Shown here: in pieces, positions 1-8,936 of the stretch
Numbering within the stretch: position 1 is the stretch's first letter
How the letters are laid out: every line of letters starts with the position of its first letter
Program-made: the position numbers and the translations under genes
The notes under the pieces: model-generated
Told to the model about the DNA's origin: nothing
Databases searched by the model: none
What the model saw: the letters and a program-made list of their open reading frames with translations, nothing else
Assembly: GCA_964648105.1 (NCBI GenBank)
Contig: CAZYMH010000001.1
Span: forward strand, 79,999-143,998
Length of the DNA: 64,000 nucleotides
Direction of reading: 5' to 3'
Source of the DNA: an uncultured Candidatus Saccharibacteria bacterium
GTDB lineage: Bacteria; Patescibacteriota; Saccharimonadia; Saccharimonadales; 2-12-FULL-41-12

Positions 1-121
1 CAAATATTTGACCACCGATTTTAGATTCATGTCTCAGCAAATTTCGATATAATTTTGCTTCTTTGGTCTGATCAGAATCACTATCAGGCAAACCCAAGAT
101 TTTTTTGAATATGGAAGCCAT
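1..121 (-). CDS. hypothetical protein, N-terminal part only (runs off window start)
   Basis: ATG at 121-119 (minus) lies 2 nt after the stop of ORF 123-518. The frame stays open to position 1 (MASIFKKILGLPDSDSDQTKEAKLYRNLL...). It is absent from the ORF track because it is truncated. Confidence 0.35.
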   Translation of the reverse strand, partial: MASIFKKILGLPDSDSDQTKEAKLYRNLLRHESKIGGQIF

Positions 122-122
122 T

Positions 123-518
123 TTAGGCTCCTAGTGCTAAACGAGGATCGTTTTCGCCAGTTTCAATCTCGTTTGTAACCGCGGCTACTCGCTGCCTGGC
201 AATCTCGACAGGAGTTAACTCTGGTTTGACTTCGTTTGTTGGACTATCATTAACTACTGTTGACTCTTCTGGCTGGTTGACAACTGTTTTGACTGCATCA
301 TGAGACATTTCTTGACTAAATTTTGGTAGGTTTTCGGTTGATTGTTGAGCAGATTCTACATACTCAGCATGAGCTGACATATTCGCGGTAGCTTGATCGA
401 CAATATTCATTCTGCGGTAAGCAATTGACACAACTGGATTTTGCTCAAAGCTAATAAACCTACGAGTTTCACCTGCAGTTTCTGGGTTAAAAAACGAGAA
501 AATTCCCTTTGGATTCAT
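123..518 (-). CDS. hypothetical protein
   Basis: 131-aa ORF with an ATG start, in an operon-like series with its neighbours. No recognisable motif. Confidence 0.5.
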   Translation of the reverse strand: MNPKGIFSFFNPETAGETRRFISFEQNPVVSIAYRRMNIVDQATANMSAHAEYVESAQQSTENLPKFSQEMSHDAVKTVVNQPEESTVVNDSPTNEVKPELTPVEIARQRVAAVTNEIETGENDPRLALGA

Positions 519-543
519 AAATTTTAATTATACCTTTGATTAT

Positions 544-1335
544 CTATATGTCAAATAATTTTTTGCAGTTTTCGGTAGTTTGCTTAGCCAATTCTGCTAA
601 ATCTTCACCCCTTAACTCACTCAAAAATTCTGCCGTCAGCCTCACGTGCTTCGGTTCACATATTGTACCACGAAATGGTTTCGGAGTCAAGTATGGAGCA
701 TCTGTTTCAAGTACTAATTTATCGAGTGGGACCTTTTTTGCCATTTCGAGCTGAGATTCATCTTTTGTGAAGGTTAATATGCCATTTAGAGCCACATACA
801 GGCCCCTAGATAAGACTTGATCTAAAACTAATGTATTCGACGTAAAACAATGTACAACGCCTTTTATGGGCTGTTTAGCAGCATAACGGTCATAGATTGG
901 CCAAAATTCATCAAATGCCTCCCTGATATGAAACATGGCTGGCAAATTATATTTAGTGACTAATGCTAGCTGAAGTTCAAGTAGCTTTATCTGTTCACTC
1001 TTTGGCGAGTGCTTATAAAAATAATCTAAACCGAATTCGCCGACCGCTATTATTTTGTCTTTTTTGTGATTATTGAGCAAATTTTCTAACTCATTCAAAT
1101 TTGATTGCTTTTCTAAAAATTTGTTGGCTTCGTGTGGATGTACACCCACAATTGCATAAACGTCTGATTTATGTCTAGCAAACTCAACTGCTCTTTTACT
1201 AGATTCTAGGTCGCAGCCGACAACAAATATTTTATCGACACCAGCGTGTTTTGCCTCTTGCCAAACTGTCTCAGCATCTAATTTATAATCATCAAATTGT
1301 ATATGACAATGTGTATCAACCAATTTTATATTCAT
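544..1335 (-). CDS. tatD: TatD-family metal-dependent hydrolase/DNase
   Basis: N-terminal DTHCH metal motif, internal GEFGLDY, C-terminal LETDAPYL. Length 263 aa is typical of TatD/YabD. Confidence 0.9.
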   Translation of the reverse strand: MNIKLVDTHCHIQFDDYKLDAETVWQEAKHAGVDKIFVVGCDLESSKRAVEFARHKSDVYAIVGVHPHEANKFLEKQSNLNELENLLNNHKKDKIIAVGEFGLDYFYKHSPKSEQIKLLELQLALVTKYNLPAMFHIREAFDEFWPIYDRYAAKQPIKGVVHCFTSNTLVLDQVLSRGLYVALNGILTFTKDESQLEMAKKVPLDKLVLETDAPYLTPKPFRGTICEPKHVRLTAEFLSELRGEDLAELAKQTTENCKKLFDI

Positions 1336-1371
1336 AACTGGGCATATTATGTCATACTTTATCTAAATAAT

Positions 1372-2202
1372 ATGAACTACCAAACTAACTGGCAAAAAGC
1401 CACCAAAAGTCACCCTAATTTCGAAATTAGCGAACTCGGTTGGGAGCAACATGTTCTGATTGATCACAGCAAGAATCTGGTTTATCGCTATCCTAAACAC
1501 CTTAAAGCTCAACAGAAGTTAGAAGATGAAGTAAGCGTCCTAAAAACATTAAAATCAGTTAAATTTAACGTTCAAATTCCGATTATTGTTGACCACACGG
1601 CTAACTACTCTATATACAAATACATTCCTGGCCAAGTACTTACCGACGAAGTTCTAAATTCACTTGATAAAACGCATATTGAGGAAATTGGCCAAGAATT
1701 AGGAAAATTTTTTGCGATCCTACATTCGTTGCCAATTTCAATAATTGACCAAAAAATCCACAAACAAAAACTAAGTTTGAATGACTATTACAGAGATAGA
1801 TTATATAATTCCGAAATTTTGCGACAAAATCGCAAAATAGATAAATATTTGCAAGAAATATCGAAAAGCGATATAAATGTAGTCGTTCATGGCGATTTAC
1901 ATGGCAAAAACATTGTTATTAACCCACTCGACAAAAAACTAGTAGGTATTATCGATTTTAGTGAGCTAGAAATTGGTGACCCCCACCAAGATTTTCGTAA
2001 AATTTTTATGACCGACAGTCGATTGCTCGAGCCAGCTGTCCGACAATACAGCAAATTGACTGATTTAGAGTTATCAAGAAGCAAAATCAAAGCATGGGCC
2101 TATATAAACGAATTTGCTAACTTAGCTTACTTCAATGACAAACCACATAATTTGACCTATATAAGAGCCTATCAAAATCTTAAAAAATGGGATCTAATTT
2201 AG
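1372..2202 (+). CDS. aminoglycoside-phosphotransferase-fold (APH/choline kinase family) kinase
   Basis: Catalytic HGDLHGKNIV and IIDFSELEIGDPHQDF motifs. I chose the ATG at 1372 (MNYQTNW) rather than the track start 1297, which overlaps tatD. Confidence 0.75.
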   Translation: MNYQTNWQKATKSHPNFEISELGWEQHVLIDHSKNLVYRYPKHLKAQQKLEDEVSVLKTLKSVKFNVQIPIIVDHTANYSIYKYIPGQVLTDEVLNSLDKTHIEEIGQELGKFFAILHSLPISIIDQKIHKQKLSLNDYYRDRLYNSEILRQNRKIDKYLQEISKSDINVVVHGDLHGKNIVINPLDKKLVGIIDFSELEIGDPHQDFRKIFMTDSRLLEPAVRQYSKLTDLELSRSKIKAWAYINEFANLAYFNDKPHNLTYIRAYQNLKKWDLI

Positions 2203-2206
2203 TATG

Positions 2207-3676
2207 TTATTTACTAACAGGAGCTGGGCTATCATCTAACCGTGGGAAAAGCGTCCCTTCAATCGGTTGAAGCATACCCTTTTCGAAGATAAACTTAATT
2301 TTTTGAGACGTTACAGGCATAAATGGCTCGAGCATGCTGGAAATTTCTATCAAACAACTGACTATGTAAGCCAGAACTTCTCGTAAATGATCAACATCAT
2401 TGTTTTTAGCTAATGTCCATGGTTTTTCTTCATCTATATACTGATTAAGCCCTCGAACTTGCTGCCAAACTTCTTCTAACGCTCTATCGAAACGGAAATT
2501 AGCCATCGCCTCAATATATTCGGCTATATCATGCTCAGGTTCGGGCGTATCGCCAATTAAATTATTTTGGTATTTTTGTATCATCGCTATTGTGCGATTT
2601 ACAACATTACCTAACTCATTAGCTAGTTCATTGTTGTATACTTCGTCCATTCTTTTCCACGAGAAATCACCATCGTCATACGATGGAACATGTCGCATTA
2701 GATAATACCTCAAAGCATCAACTCCATATTTATCGACAACTTCTTTGGGGTGGATAACATTGCCTAGTGATTTGGAGATTTTTTTACCATCGATATTTAC
2801 AAAACCATGAACATACAAATTTTTGGGCAATTCCAGGCCTAAGCCTAGCAAGATTCCAGGCCAAATTGCGGCATGGAAGCGTGATATATCTTTGCCAACT
2901 ACCTGAACATTTGCAGGCCAAAAATCTTTAAAATCTTGATGTTCAGGGTAACCTAACACCGTAATATAATTCATCAGTGCTTCGAACCAAACATACATAA
3001 CTTGTTTGGAGTCATCTGGCACTGGAATCCCCCAAGCTATTTTATCTTTTGGCCGCGATATACTTATATCGTCTAACCCCTCGTTCATGAACTGCATAAC
3101 CTCGTGCTTGCGACTATCTGGAATTATCTTAAAATCACCGCTTGTGATTGCTTGGCCAATTTTATTTGTAAATGCCGATAACTTGAAAAAGTAATTTTCC
3201 TCGCTCAAAAGTTCATAAGGTTTTTTGTGCAACGGGCAAACATTGTTATTAGCTTTCATCACCGCCTCAGTCACGAACGCTTCACAGCCCATGCAGTAGT
3301 AACCTTGATATTTGTTTTTGTAAATAAAAGGCTTTAATTTCTGCCATATCATGGCCGCACGTTGTTCATGTCCTGGATCGGTCGTCCGAATAAATCTATC
3401 AGCACTAATATTGAGAATCGGACCGATTTCTCGCCATTTATCGCTCATTTCTTTAGCGTACTGGGCAACAGGCTTACCTAGCTCTTTGGCTTTTTCTTCG
3501 ACTTTACCACCATGTTCATCGGTACCTGTACTAAAAATCACTCGCTCGTATTGTTTGCGAGCATATCTGGCAATTACATCAGCCGCTACCATTTCATATG
3601 TGTGACCTAGGTGTGGTTCGCCGTTTATGTAAGGTATCGAAGTAGTTACAAAAAATGTTTTATTTTTTCCATTCAT
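2207..3676 (-). CDS. metG: methionine--tRNA ligase
   Basis: Class I HIGH-type motif PHLGH, KMSKS-type motif KISKSLGN, and a Cys cluster CMGCEAF...CPLH. 489 aa. Confidence 0.95.
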   Translation of the reverse strand: MNGKNKTFFVTTSIPYINGEPHLGHTYEMVAADVIARYARKQYERVIFSTGTDEHGGKVEEKAKELGKPVAQYAKEMSDKWREIGPILNISADRFIRTTDPGHEQRAAMIWQKLKPFIYKNKYQGYYCMGCEAFVTEAVMKANNNVCPLHKKPYELLSEENYFFKLSAFTNKIGQAITSGDFKIIPDSRKHEVMQFMNEGLDDISISRPKDKIAWGIPVPDDSKQVMYVWFEALMNYITVLGYPEHQDFKDFWPANVQVVGKDISRFHAAIWPGILLGLGLELPKNLYVHGFVNIDGKKISKSLGNVIHPKEVVDKYGVDALRYYLMRHVPSYDDGDFSWKRMDEVYNNELANELGNVVNRTIAMIQKYQNNLIGDTPEPEHDIAEYIEAMANFRFDRALEEVWQQVRGLNQYIDEEKPWTLAKNNDVDHLREVLAYIVSCLIEISSMLEPFMPVTSQKIKFIFEKGMLQPIEGTLFPRLDDSPAPVSK

Positions 3677-3738
3677 CTTATATATACTAACAGATTGAGA
3701 AGTTTTGCTAAAGTTTTAGTTCCCTCTAAAACAACTGC

Positions 3739-3906
3739 TTAATATTTGGTAGCCAAATGCCAAACTTTACAATTTTGGCATTTATAAGCTTTGAGTATAG
3801 AACCACGTTGATGTTTTATAGCCACGGCCGAGGCTTCAGCAGCCTTTTTTGAATCAAATTTTAGCTTGTCGTGACATTTTGGCAGGCTGTCTGAGTTGCC
3901 ACTCAA
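3739..3906 (-). CDS. possible small zinc-ribbon protein (55 aa)
   Basis: Below the ORF-track size cutoff. A TTG start overlaps the TGA stop of the upstream gene (gcTTGA). Translation: SGNSDSLPKCHDKLKFDSKKAAEASAVAIKHQRGSILKAYKCQNCKVWHLATKY, with one Cys early in the peptide (KCHD) and a CxxC near the end. Confidence 0.3.
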   Translation of the reverse strand: MSGNSDSLPKCHDKLKFDSKKAAEASAVAIKHQRGSILKAYKCQNCKVWHLATKY

Positions 3907-4940
3907 GCTTTGGACCTCTTGAGTTCGATGTATGATTGCACAATCGCTGTAATCACAAACAGCATACCAACTAGCCCTGTCACGACTTCTGGGATATGAA
4001 CTTTTAGCGACACAAATAATAGCACAGCCAGTACTCCAATGGCATAATGAGCTCCATGCTCTAAATATTTATACTGGTCCAAGACACCATGTTTAAGCAT
4101 GTGAATCGTAATCACTCGCACGTACCAAGCACCAATCCCTAGACCGACGGCGATTATCAAAATCTGGTTAGTTATAGCAAATGCTCCAATTACACCGTCC
4201 AAACTAAAGCTGGCATCGACAATCATCAAGTATATAAATCCAATCAAGCCAGCTCTAAAGGCATGTTTACCACCTTTATTCAAGTTATTTTCAACTCCAG
4301 ATTTATGCAAAATCGTATCAAACGAGACAATTAATAAATAGGTGATTAAACCAAAAAATCCTGCTGTCATGACATCTAAGTGTTCTTCTGTCGGCAAAAA
4401 ACTACTAAAACTTAGCAGAGTAATAGTTGCTAAAATAATGCTCATATTTTGCAGTTTGCCAACACTAGCCAACGCTTTTTCGATTGGTTTGAGCCACTTA
4501 ATTTTGCGTTCTTTGAAGAAGAAATCTAGGAATATCATCATCAAAAACATCCCACCAAAGGCAGCAATAATAGGATGAGCTTCTTCTAACTTATGACCAT
4601 ATTCGGTTGGATTATTTAGAGCTAGATCTAACACTTCTTTTATACCAATTCCTGCTAAGCCCGATACGATTGCTAGCGGCAAAATAACTCTAACACCAAC
4701 TACAGCAACTAAAATTCCAATTGTCAAAAAAGCTTTTTGCCAACCTGCCGACATTTTCTCGAGGATCCGTGCATTGACAACCGCATTATCAACACTAAAG
4801 GTGATTTCTAGAGCGACTAACACTAAAGTAAGGAACAGAGCCGACAGTCCTAATTTCCAGCCGACCAAAAATATCAAAAATACCGACACGATTGTCGACA
4901 ATGCATACAATTTTAACAATGAACCTTTTCCTTTAGACAT
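3903..4940 (-). CDS. integral membrane protein, DUF475/TerC-like
   Basis: About 9 hydrophobic segments. The EITFSVDNAVVNA and DASFSLDGVIGAFA motifs are typical of the DUF475/TerC superfamily. Confidence 0.7.
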   Translation of the reverse strand: MSKGKGSLLKLYALSTIVSVFLIFLVGWKLGLSALFLTLVLVALEITFSVDNAVVNARILEKMSAGWQKAFLTIGILVAVVGVRVILPLAIVSGLAGIGIKEVLDLALNNPTEYGHKLEEAHPIIAAFGGMFLMMIFLDFFFKERKIKWLKPIEKALASVGKLQNMSIILATITLLSFSSFLPTEEHLDVMTAGFFGLITYLLIVSFDTILHKSGVENNLNKGGKHAFRAGLIGFIYLMIVDASFSLDGVIGAFAITNQILIIAVGLGIGAWYVRVITIHMLKHGVLDQYKYLEHGAHYAIGVLAVLLFVSLKVHIPEVVTGLVGMLFVITAIVQSYIELKRSKA

Positions 4941-4972
4941 CTCGGTTAATTATAACAGATCGATTTGCCAAC

Positions 4973-5365
4973 TTACAGCGATTTCCGCAGTAAATAGTTA
5001 GCTATTTCCGTCTCACGTTTAATTCTTTGGTTTCGGATAAAGTTTGCCATGTTTAAGGCAGTGATCGAATAGTTAGTATCGTCTTCGTAAGAATACCTAT
5101 ATAATCGATTTTGAAAAATCTCGAGTGTTGGTATTTCTATAATTCCTGTCACAAAAGCATTGTCTTCCGCTATTTCTATAGCCTTTTCGATTGATGGAAA
5201 TAAACTATCTGCACCGACTCGCTCCAAAAAACCATAATTTTCAAGACCCTCACTTTGAATTTCGGCCATAACGACAATATCGTCATTAACAAATTCGACT
5301 GTTGCAAAACTTTCTCTCATTTTCGAACCAAGTTCTACCCTTCCAAAAACCTGAAAATTTCTCAT
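4973..5365 (-). CDS. hypothetical protein
   Basis: 130-aa ORF with an ATG start. No recognised motif. Confidence 0.5.
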   Translation of the reverse strand: MRNFQVFGRVELGSKMRESFATVEFVNDDIVVMAEIQSEGLENYGFLERVGADSLFPSIEKAIEIAEDNAFVTGIIEIPTLEIFQNRLYRYSYEDDTNYSITALNMANFIRNQRIKRETEIANYLLRKSL

Positions 5366-5413
5366 AGTTTTTAATTATCTATCATCTATGTAGTTTATTG
5401 AACCATTAGCATA

Positions 5414-5442
5414 TTGAAAAATGTTGTAGAATTTGATATAAT
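5414..5442 (+). promoter_or_regulatory. sigma-70-like promoter for tmRNA
   Basis: TTGAAA (5414-5419), 17-nt spacer, TATAAT (5437-5442). This is about 10 nt upstream of the tmRNA 5' end. Confidence 0.45.
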
Positions 5443-5452
5443 ATGTTTACCA

Positions 5453-5839
5453 GGGGCTGAATTTTAAGCTCGACATTGGACTTTTACAACCTAGTTTGCA
5501 TACCGCTTATCAGCGTTATAGATAAAACCTTTTAAATGCAAGTTTGAAAGACCGCATTGCTAGCTTCTTCCAAGTTCCTAGCTTTGCACCAGCTGTAGCT
5601 TAATTTGCTTCAGCCGTAGCTAGCTCATACGCCAATAAGAGCTAACTACGCTATATCTTTGGCTCGATAATTTAGTGTCATCTCTGCACTTTAATATTTA
5701 AATTTTAGGAGATGCTTTTTTGAGTTTTTTGTTTGTTTATATAACTCAAAAACTAAGACCCCTAAAAACAAACTATGTATGTAGACGGCTAGGCACAGTA
5801 AACCGATGGACGTGGGGGCAGTACCCACCAGCTCCACCA
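5453..5839 (+). ncRNA. ssrA: transfer-messenger RNA (tmRNA)
   Basis: The 5' end GGGGCTGA...CTCGAC and the 3' end GGACGTGGGGGCAGTACCCACCAGCTCCACCA form the tRNA-Ala-like acceptor/T-arm. An internal candidate tag ORF ends ...SFAPAVA with TAA at 5601-5603. Length 387 nt. Confidence 0.85.
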
Positions 5840-5842
5840 CAA

Positions 5843-5872
5843 GAGACTTATTATTTTGATAGGTCTTTTTTG
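5843..5872 (+). terminator. Rho-independent terminator after tmRNA
   Basis: AGAGACTTA / TAGGTCT hairpin with one G-U pair, followed by TTTTTT. Confidence 0.5.
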
Positions 5873-5880
5873 TTGGCTAA

Positions 5881-6078
5881 TTAGCAAACGCCACCTTCGC
5901 AGCATTTAGTTTTGTAGTGGCAAGCAGGGCAAATAAAGTGAGCATGCTCAGCTTTGATCGGGAAAAATCCACAATTATCACATACCAAACCTTCTTCGTT
6001 TTCTGACTTAGCTTGAGGATTTGAGTTATCTAAATTATTAGTCATTAAAGCTATTATAATCCAACATTTTACTTGCAT
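5881..6078 (-). CDS. small Cys-rich (zinc-ribbon-like) protein
   Basis: CDNCG...CPACHYKTKCCEGGVC Cys cluster. The start is uncertain (the internal Met at MTNNLDN is also possible). Confidence 0.5.
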   Translation of the reverse strand: MQVKCWIIIALMTNNLDNSNPQAKSENEEGLVCDNCGFFPIKAEHAHFICPACHYKTKCCEGGVC

Positions 6079-6109
6079 AAAGTCAGATTATTATCAAAAA
6101 TAGCTCCTA

Positions 6110-7663
6110 GTGAGCGAAAAAATACTTAAATCTGAACAAGAAAATATTGAGTTATTGAATGATGCTTACGGCCCGAGACCCCTTGCTGTTGCACATCTAG
6201 ATGCTCAAAAACTTGCAGCTCAAGATTTTTACGAAGCTGACAGCCAAATTCATCATGTACCACCATCAGCTATTAGTGGTCATTACCCCCATAATTGGCT
6301 GTGGGACGGAGCCAAGAATGCCGAAGTTTATGCTCGATACGGTTATTTTATGTCAGCTAGTAATCAGGTTAAGTCAATTTTAGCTTCACAACATCCAAAT
6401 GGATTTATCCCAAATATGACTTTTGCAAACGATGGCCGAAAACTAGATATTGAACGACGAACATTTACTAACCCCCATAAATCGAGTGATTATTCACAGC
6501 CTGCAATAATTGCCGAAGCTGTCCGTGAAATCTATGAAGGCTGTAAAGCAAATGGACAAGAACTGGAAGGTAAGGACTTTTTAAGAGAAGTTTATCCTAG
6601 CCTAAAAATGTTCTATCAATATTTTTTACGAGAACGTCAAGTTAGTCCAGAAAACTACTTAATATTCAACATTCACCCTTGTGAAACAGGCCGTGACAGT
6701 GACCCAACTTTCAATTTTATTCAGTACAAAAAACCGTTTTGCAGCAGCGGCGAAGATACTCCAACTTATAAAATCGCGATTAATTCAGCTGCCGACTACA
6801 TTGGTAATGTCGCTTTGGGATTTCGCAACAAAAAACACGGTTGGCAAGCCGACCAAGCTCATCAAACCTTCAAATTTTGCGATGTTATGTTTAATTGTTT
6901 ATTTGCCAAAAATTTACGTGACTTGGCCTTAATTGCTGAAGAAAATAATGAGTTTAGTGATGCTATCGAATTCCATAATCATGCCGAAAAATTATCTCAT
7001 CAAATTCAGCAGAAAATGTATATATTTAACCCAGATGATGAAAAATTTGGGTTTTACGGCATAAACTTAACTGGATTTTCTGAATATGATATAGAAGTCT
7101 ACCAAAATAATAATTTAGAGCCTGGCGATCCAGTTTTTTTCAAATCAATTAGTAATTTATTCCCGCTAGTGCTTGACGGTTTAGAGACTACCAAACTGGC
7201 TCAAATTATTGATTTGATAGAAAAAGAATTTACCGATAATTTTATGATACCGACTGTCTCGACCAAAAGCCCCGATTACGACCCTAACTATCGTGGCAGA
7301 AACATGTGGCAAGGGCCAATTTGGTTGTGGATGAATGATTTTGTGATATCAGGAATCGCCGACCAATTATCTAGGCCAGACGTAAGTAATAATCGTGATT
7401 TAGTCCGTAAACTTTCTAATTTGCACACTAAATTAATGACTTCGTCTAAAGAGTTAGTGACATACAAAAATAACTCGCTACATGATCGTAGTTTTATAAT
7501 CAAAGCAGTTAACAAATTTATACCTCATGCACTGCGTTCGCAATCAAATTACGATGGACCATACCAAAATTTTGCCGAATTTTTCAGCCCCCAAACTGGT
7601 GTTGGCTATCGAACTAGACCATTTGCTGGATCATCAATTGCTTGTCGAAAGAGACAATATTAA
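6110..7663 (+). CDS. (alpha/alpha)6-barrel glycoside hydrolase, GH63/GH37-like (glucosidase / debranching-type)
   Basis: GTG start. Motifs WLWDGAKNA, QHPNGFIPN, ETGRDSDPTF and WQGPIWLWMNDF resemble the GH63/trehalase-like fold. Confidence 0.65.
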   Translation: MSEKILKSEQENIELLNDAYGPRPLAVAHLDAQKLAAQDFYEADSQIHHVPPSAISGHYPHNWLWDGAKNAEVYARYGYFMSASNQVKSILASQHPNGFIPNMTFANDGRKLDIERRTFTNPHKSSDYSQPAIIAEAVREIYEGCKANGQELEGKDFLREVYPSLKMFYQYFLRERQVSPENYLIFNIHPCETGRDSDPTFNFIQYKKPFCSSGEDTPTYKIAINSAADYIGNVALGFRNKKHGWQADQAHQTFKFCDVMFNCLFAKNLRDLALIAEENNEFSDAIEFHNHAEKLSHQIQQKMYIFNPDDEKFGFYGINLTGFSEYDIEVYQNNNLEPGDPVFFKSISNLFPLVLDGLETTKLAQIIDLIEKEFTDNFMIPTVSTKSPDYDPNYRGRNMWQGPIWLWMNDFVISGIADQLSRPDVSNNRDLVRKLSNLHTKLMTSSKELVTYKNNSLHDRSFIIKAVNKFIPHALRSQSNYDGPYQNFAEFFSPQTGVGYRTRPFAGSSIACRKRQY

Positions 7664-8076
7664 AAGCTAGAATGAAGTTTTTGTAATAATGTTTTTAGAT
7701 GCTCAATATCTCTATTCGACAAATTATCAAACTCCGATAAATAAAAGCCATCCAGAGCATTGCTGGCTTTGATAAACATTTCTTGGCCCTTGCGAGTAAT
7801 ATAAATCAGGTGTTTACGATTGTCGCGAGCCTGCCCAATCTCTACCAAGTTTTTGTCAACCAAAATCCCAATTTGACGACTTATACTAGCTTCAGTCTGG
7901 GCCAAATTAGCTGCAATTTCCTTTTGCTGGATACCTGGTTGCTCGTTTAGAACCATCAGCAACCGATATTGAGCCATACTTATGCCATAGCGTTCAAGTA
8001 AAATTTGATCTGATTTATTAGCAAAGTAAATAGCTAGTCGATCGATCAGGTAAGGCACATTTTGTTTATACCCCAT
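7660..8076 (-). CDS. MarR-family transcriptional regulator
   Basis: 138 aa with a winged-HTH pattern (MAQYRLLMVL...QKEIAANLAQTEASISRQIGILVDKNLV...DNRKHLIYITRKG). Confidence 0.85.
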   Translation of the reverse strand: MGYKQNVPYLIDRLAIYFANKSDQILLERYGISMAQYRLLMVLNEQPGIQQKEIAANLAQTEASISRQIGILVDKNLVEIGQARDNRKHLIYITRKGQEMFIKASNALDGFYLSEFDNLSNRDIEHLKTLLQKLHSSF

Positions 8077-8120
8077 AAGCTTACTATATCACAGCCGCTT
8101 TTTTTATTTATAAGAGGGAA

Positions 8121-8138
8121 TACTTAACACGTTAAGTA
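8121..8138 (+). repeat. 18-nt near-palindrome TACTTAACACGTTAAGTA, copy 1
   Basis: Exact 18-mer. It sits 2 nt downstream of the rsmA stop and upstream of marR. See findings. Confidence 0.95.
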
Positions 8139-8139
8139 T

Positions 8140-8934
8140 TTAGTCGAATTTAGTTTCTAGCTCCAGCCACTGGTGGATTGATAACTCCTGCGGCCGTGCA
8201 TTTGGATTAATACTTAACGTGTTAAGTATTTCGGTGATTTCGGCTTTTGACATACTCATACCCGAACTTAGTGAGTTAACCAGCGTTTTACGTTTATTCA
8301 TAAAACTACATTTTAAAATGCGATTAAGATTTTTTTGATTACTGTTCTCATCTAATGAATGCTCTAGCCTATTCATAATCACTACCCTTGAATCAACTTT
8401 AGGCGGCGGCGAAAATTTATCGGCCTTTACAACTATTCCTAGCTGGCAGTCAAAATTCATCTGGCTATACACACTCAAAAGCGACATCTGCCCTGGGCTA
8501 GCACAAATCCGCTCAGCTACTTCTTTTTGAATTAATAGCACAATTACTTTAGGTCGGTTTTCTAAATCTCCTAAAATCCTAATTAATTTAGAAGTTAAAT
8601 AATATGGTATATTAGCCACAACCTTATAATCTTGTTTAACTTGCGAGAAATTAAATTTCAATATATCTTGGTTAACTAACTCTAACTTATCAGCATCTTG
8701 ACCAAATAATTTTTGGCGGGTTTTGTGTAAGTTTTCGTGAAGTTTTGAGTCAAATTCTACTGCTACGACTTTACGAGCTTTTTTGAGTAATTCGCCAGTT
8801 AGAGTACCTAGCCCAGGGCCAACTTCGATAACTAAATCATGATCATTTATCTGAGCGTAGTCGGCAATTTGCTCAAGTATATCTCGATCGGTGAGCCAAT
8901 GTTGACCCAGTGATTTATCAGGTTTATGGTCCAT
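8140..8934 (-). CDS. rsmA: 16S rRNA (adenine1518/1519-N6)-dimethyltransferase
   Basis: SLGQHWL, VIEVGPGLGTLT (SAM site) and NIPYY motifs. I preferred the ATG at 8934, 2 nt after the upstream stop. The track start at 8961 is a TTG. Confidence 0.9.
   Translation of the reverse strand: MDHKPDKSLGQHWLTDRDILEQIADYAQINDHDLVIEVGPGLGTLTGELLKKARKVVAVEFDSKLHENLHKTRQKLFGQDADKLELVNQDILKFNFSQVKQDYKVVANIPYYLTSKLIRILGDLENRPKVIVLLIQKEVAERICASPGQMSLLSVYSQMNFDCQLGIVVKADKFSPPPKVDSRVVIMNRLEHSLDENSNQKNLNRILKCSFMNKRKTLVNSLSSGMSMSKAEITEILNTLSINPNARPQELSIHQWLELETKFD
8211..8228 (-). repeat. 18-nt near-palindrome, copy 2 (inside rsmA, encodes ILNTLS)
   Basis: The plus strand reads TACTTAACGTGTTAAGTA. The sense strand of rsmA reads ATA CTT AAC ACG TTA AGT. 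Confidence 0.95.
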
Positions 8935-8936
8935 TT

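Noticed and set aside
1297-1371. Longer start of the APH-family kinase ORF, overlapping tatD by 39 nt
   Set aside because: The extension (MYMTMCINQFYIHNWAYYVILYLNN) lies over the divergent tatD start and promoter region. The ATG at 1372 gives a normal kinase N-terminus.
8211-8228. In-frame insertion of a mobile palindromic element (Rickettsia RPE-like) as the explanation for the shared ILNTLS peptide in RsmA, MurI and GlyA
   Set aside because: Only the 18-mer is shared and the flanks are unrelated. The common reading frame is forced because the other frames contain TAA. Selection for the DNA motif itself is the better explanation.
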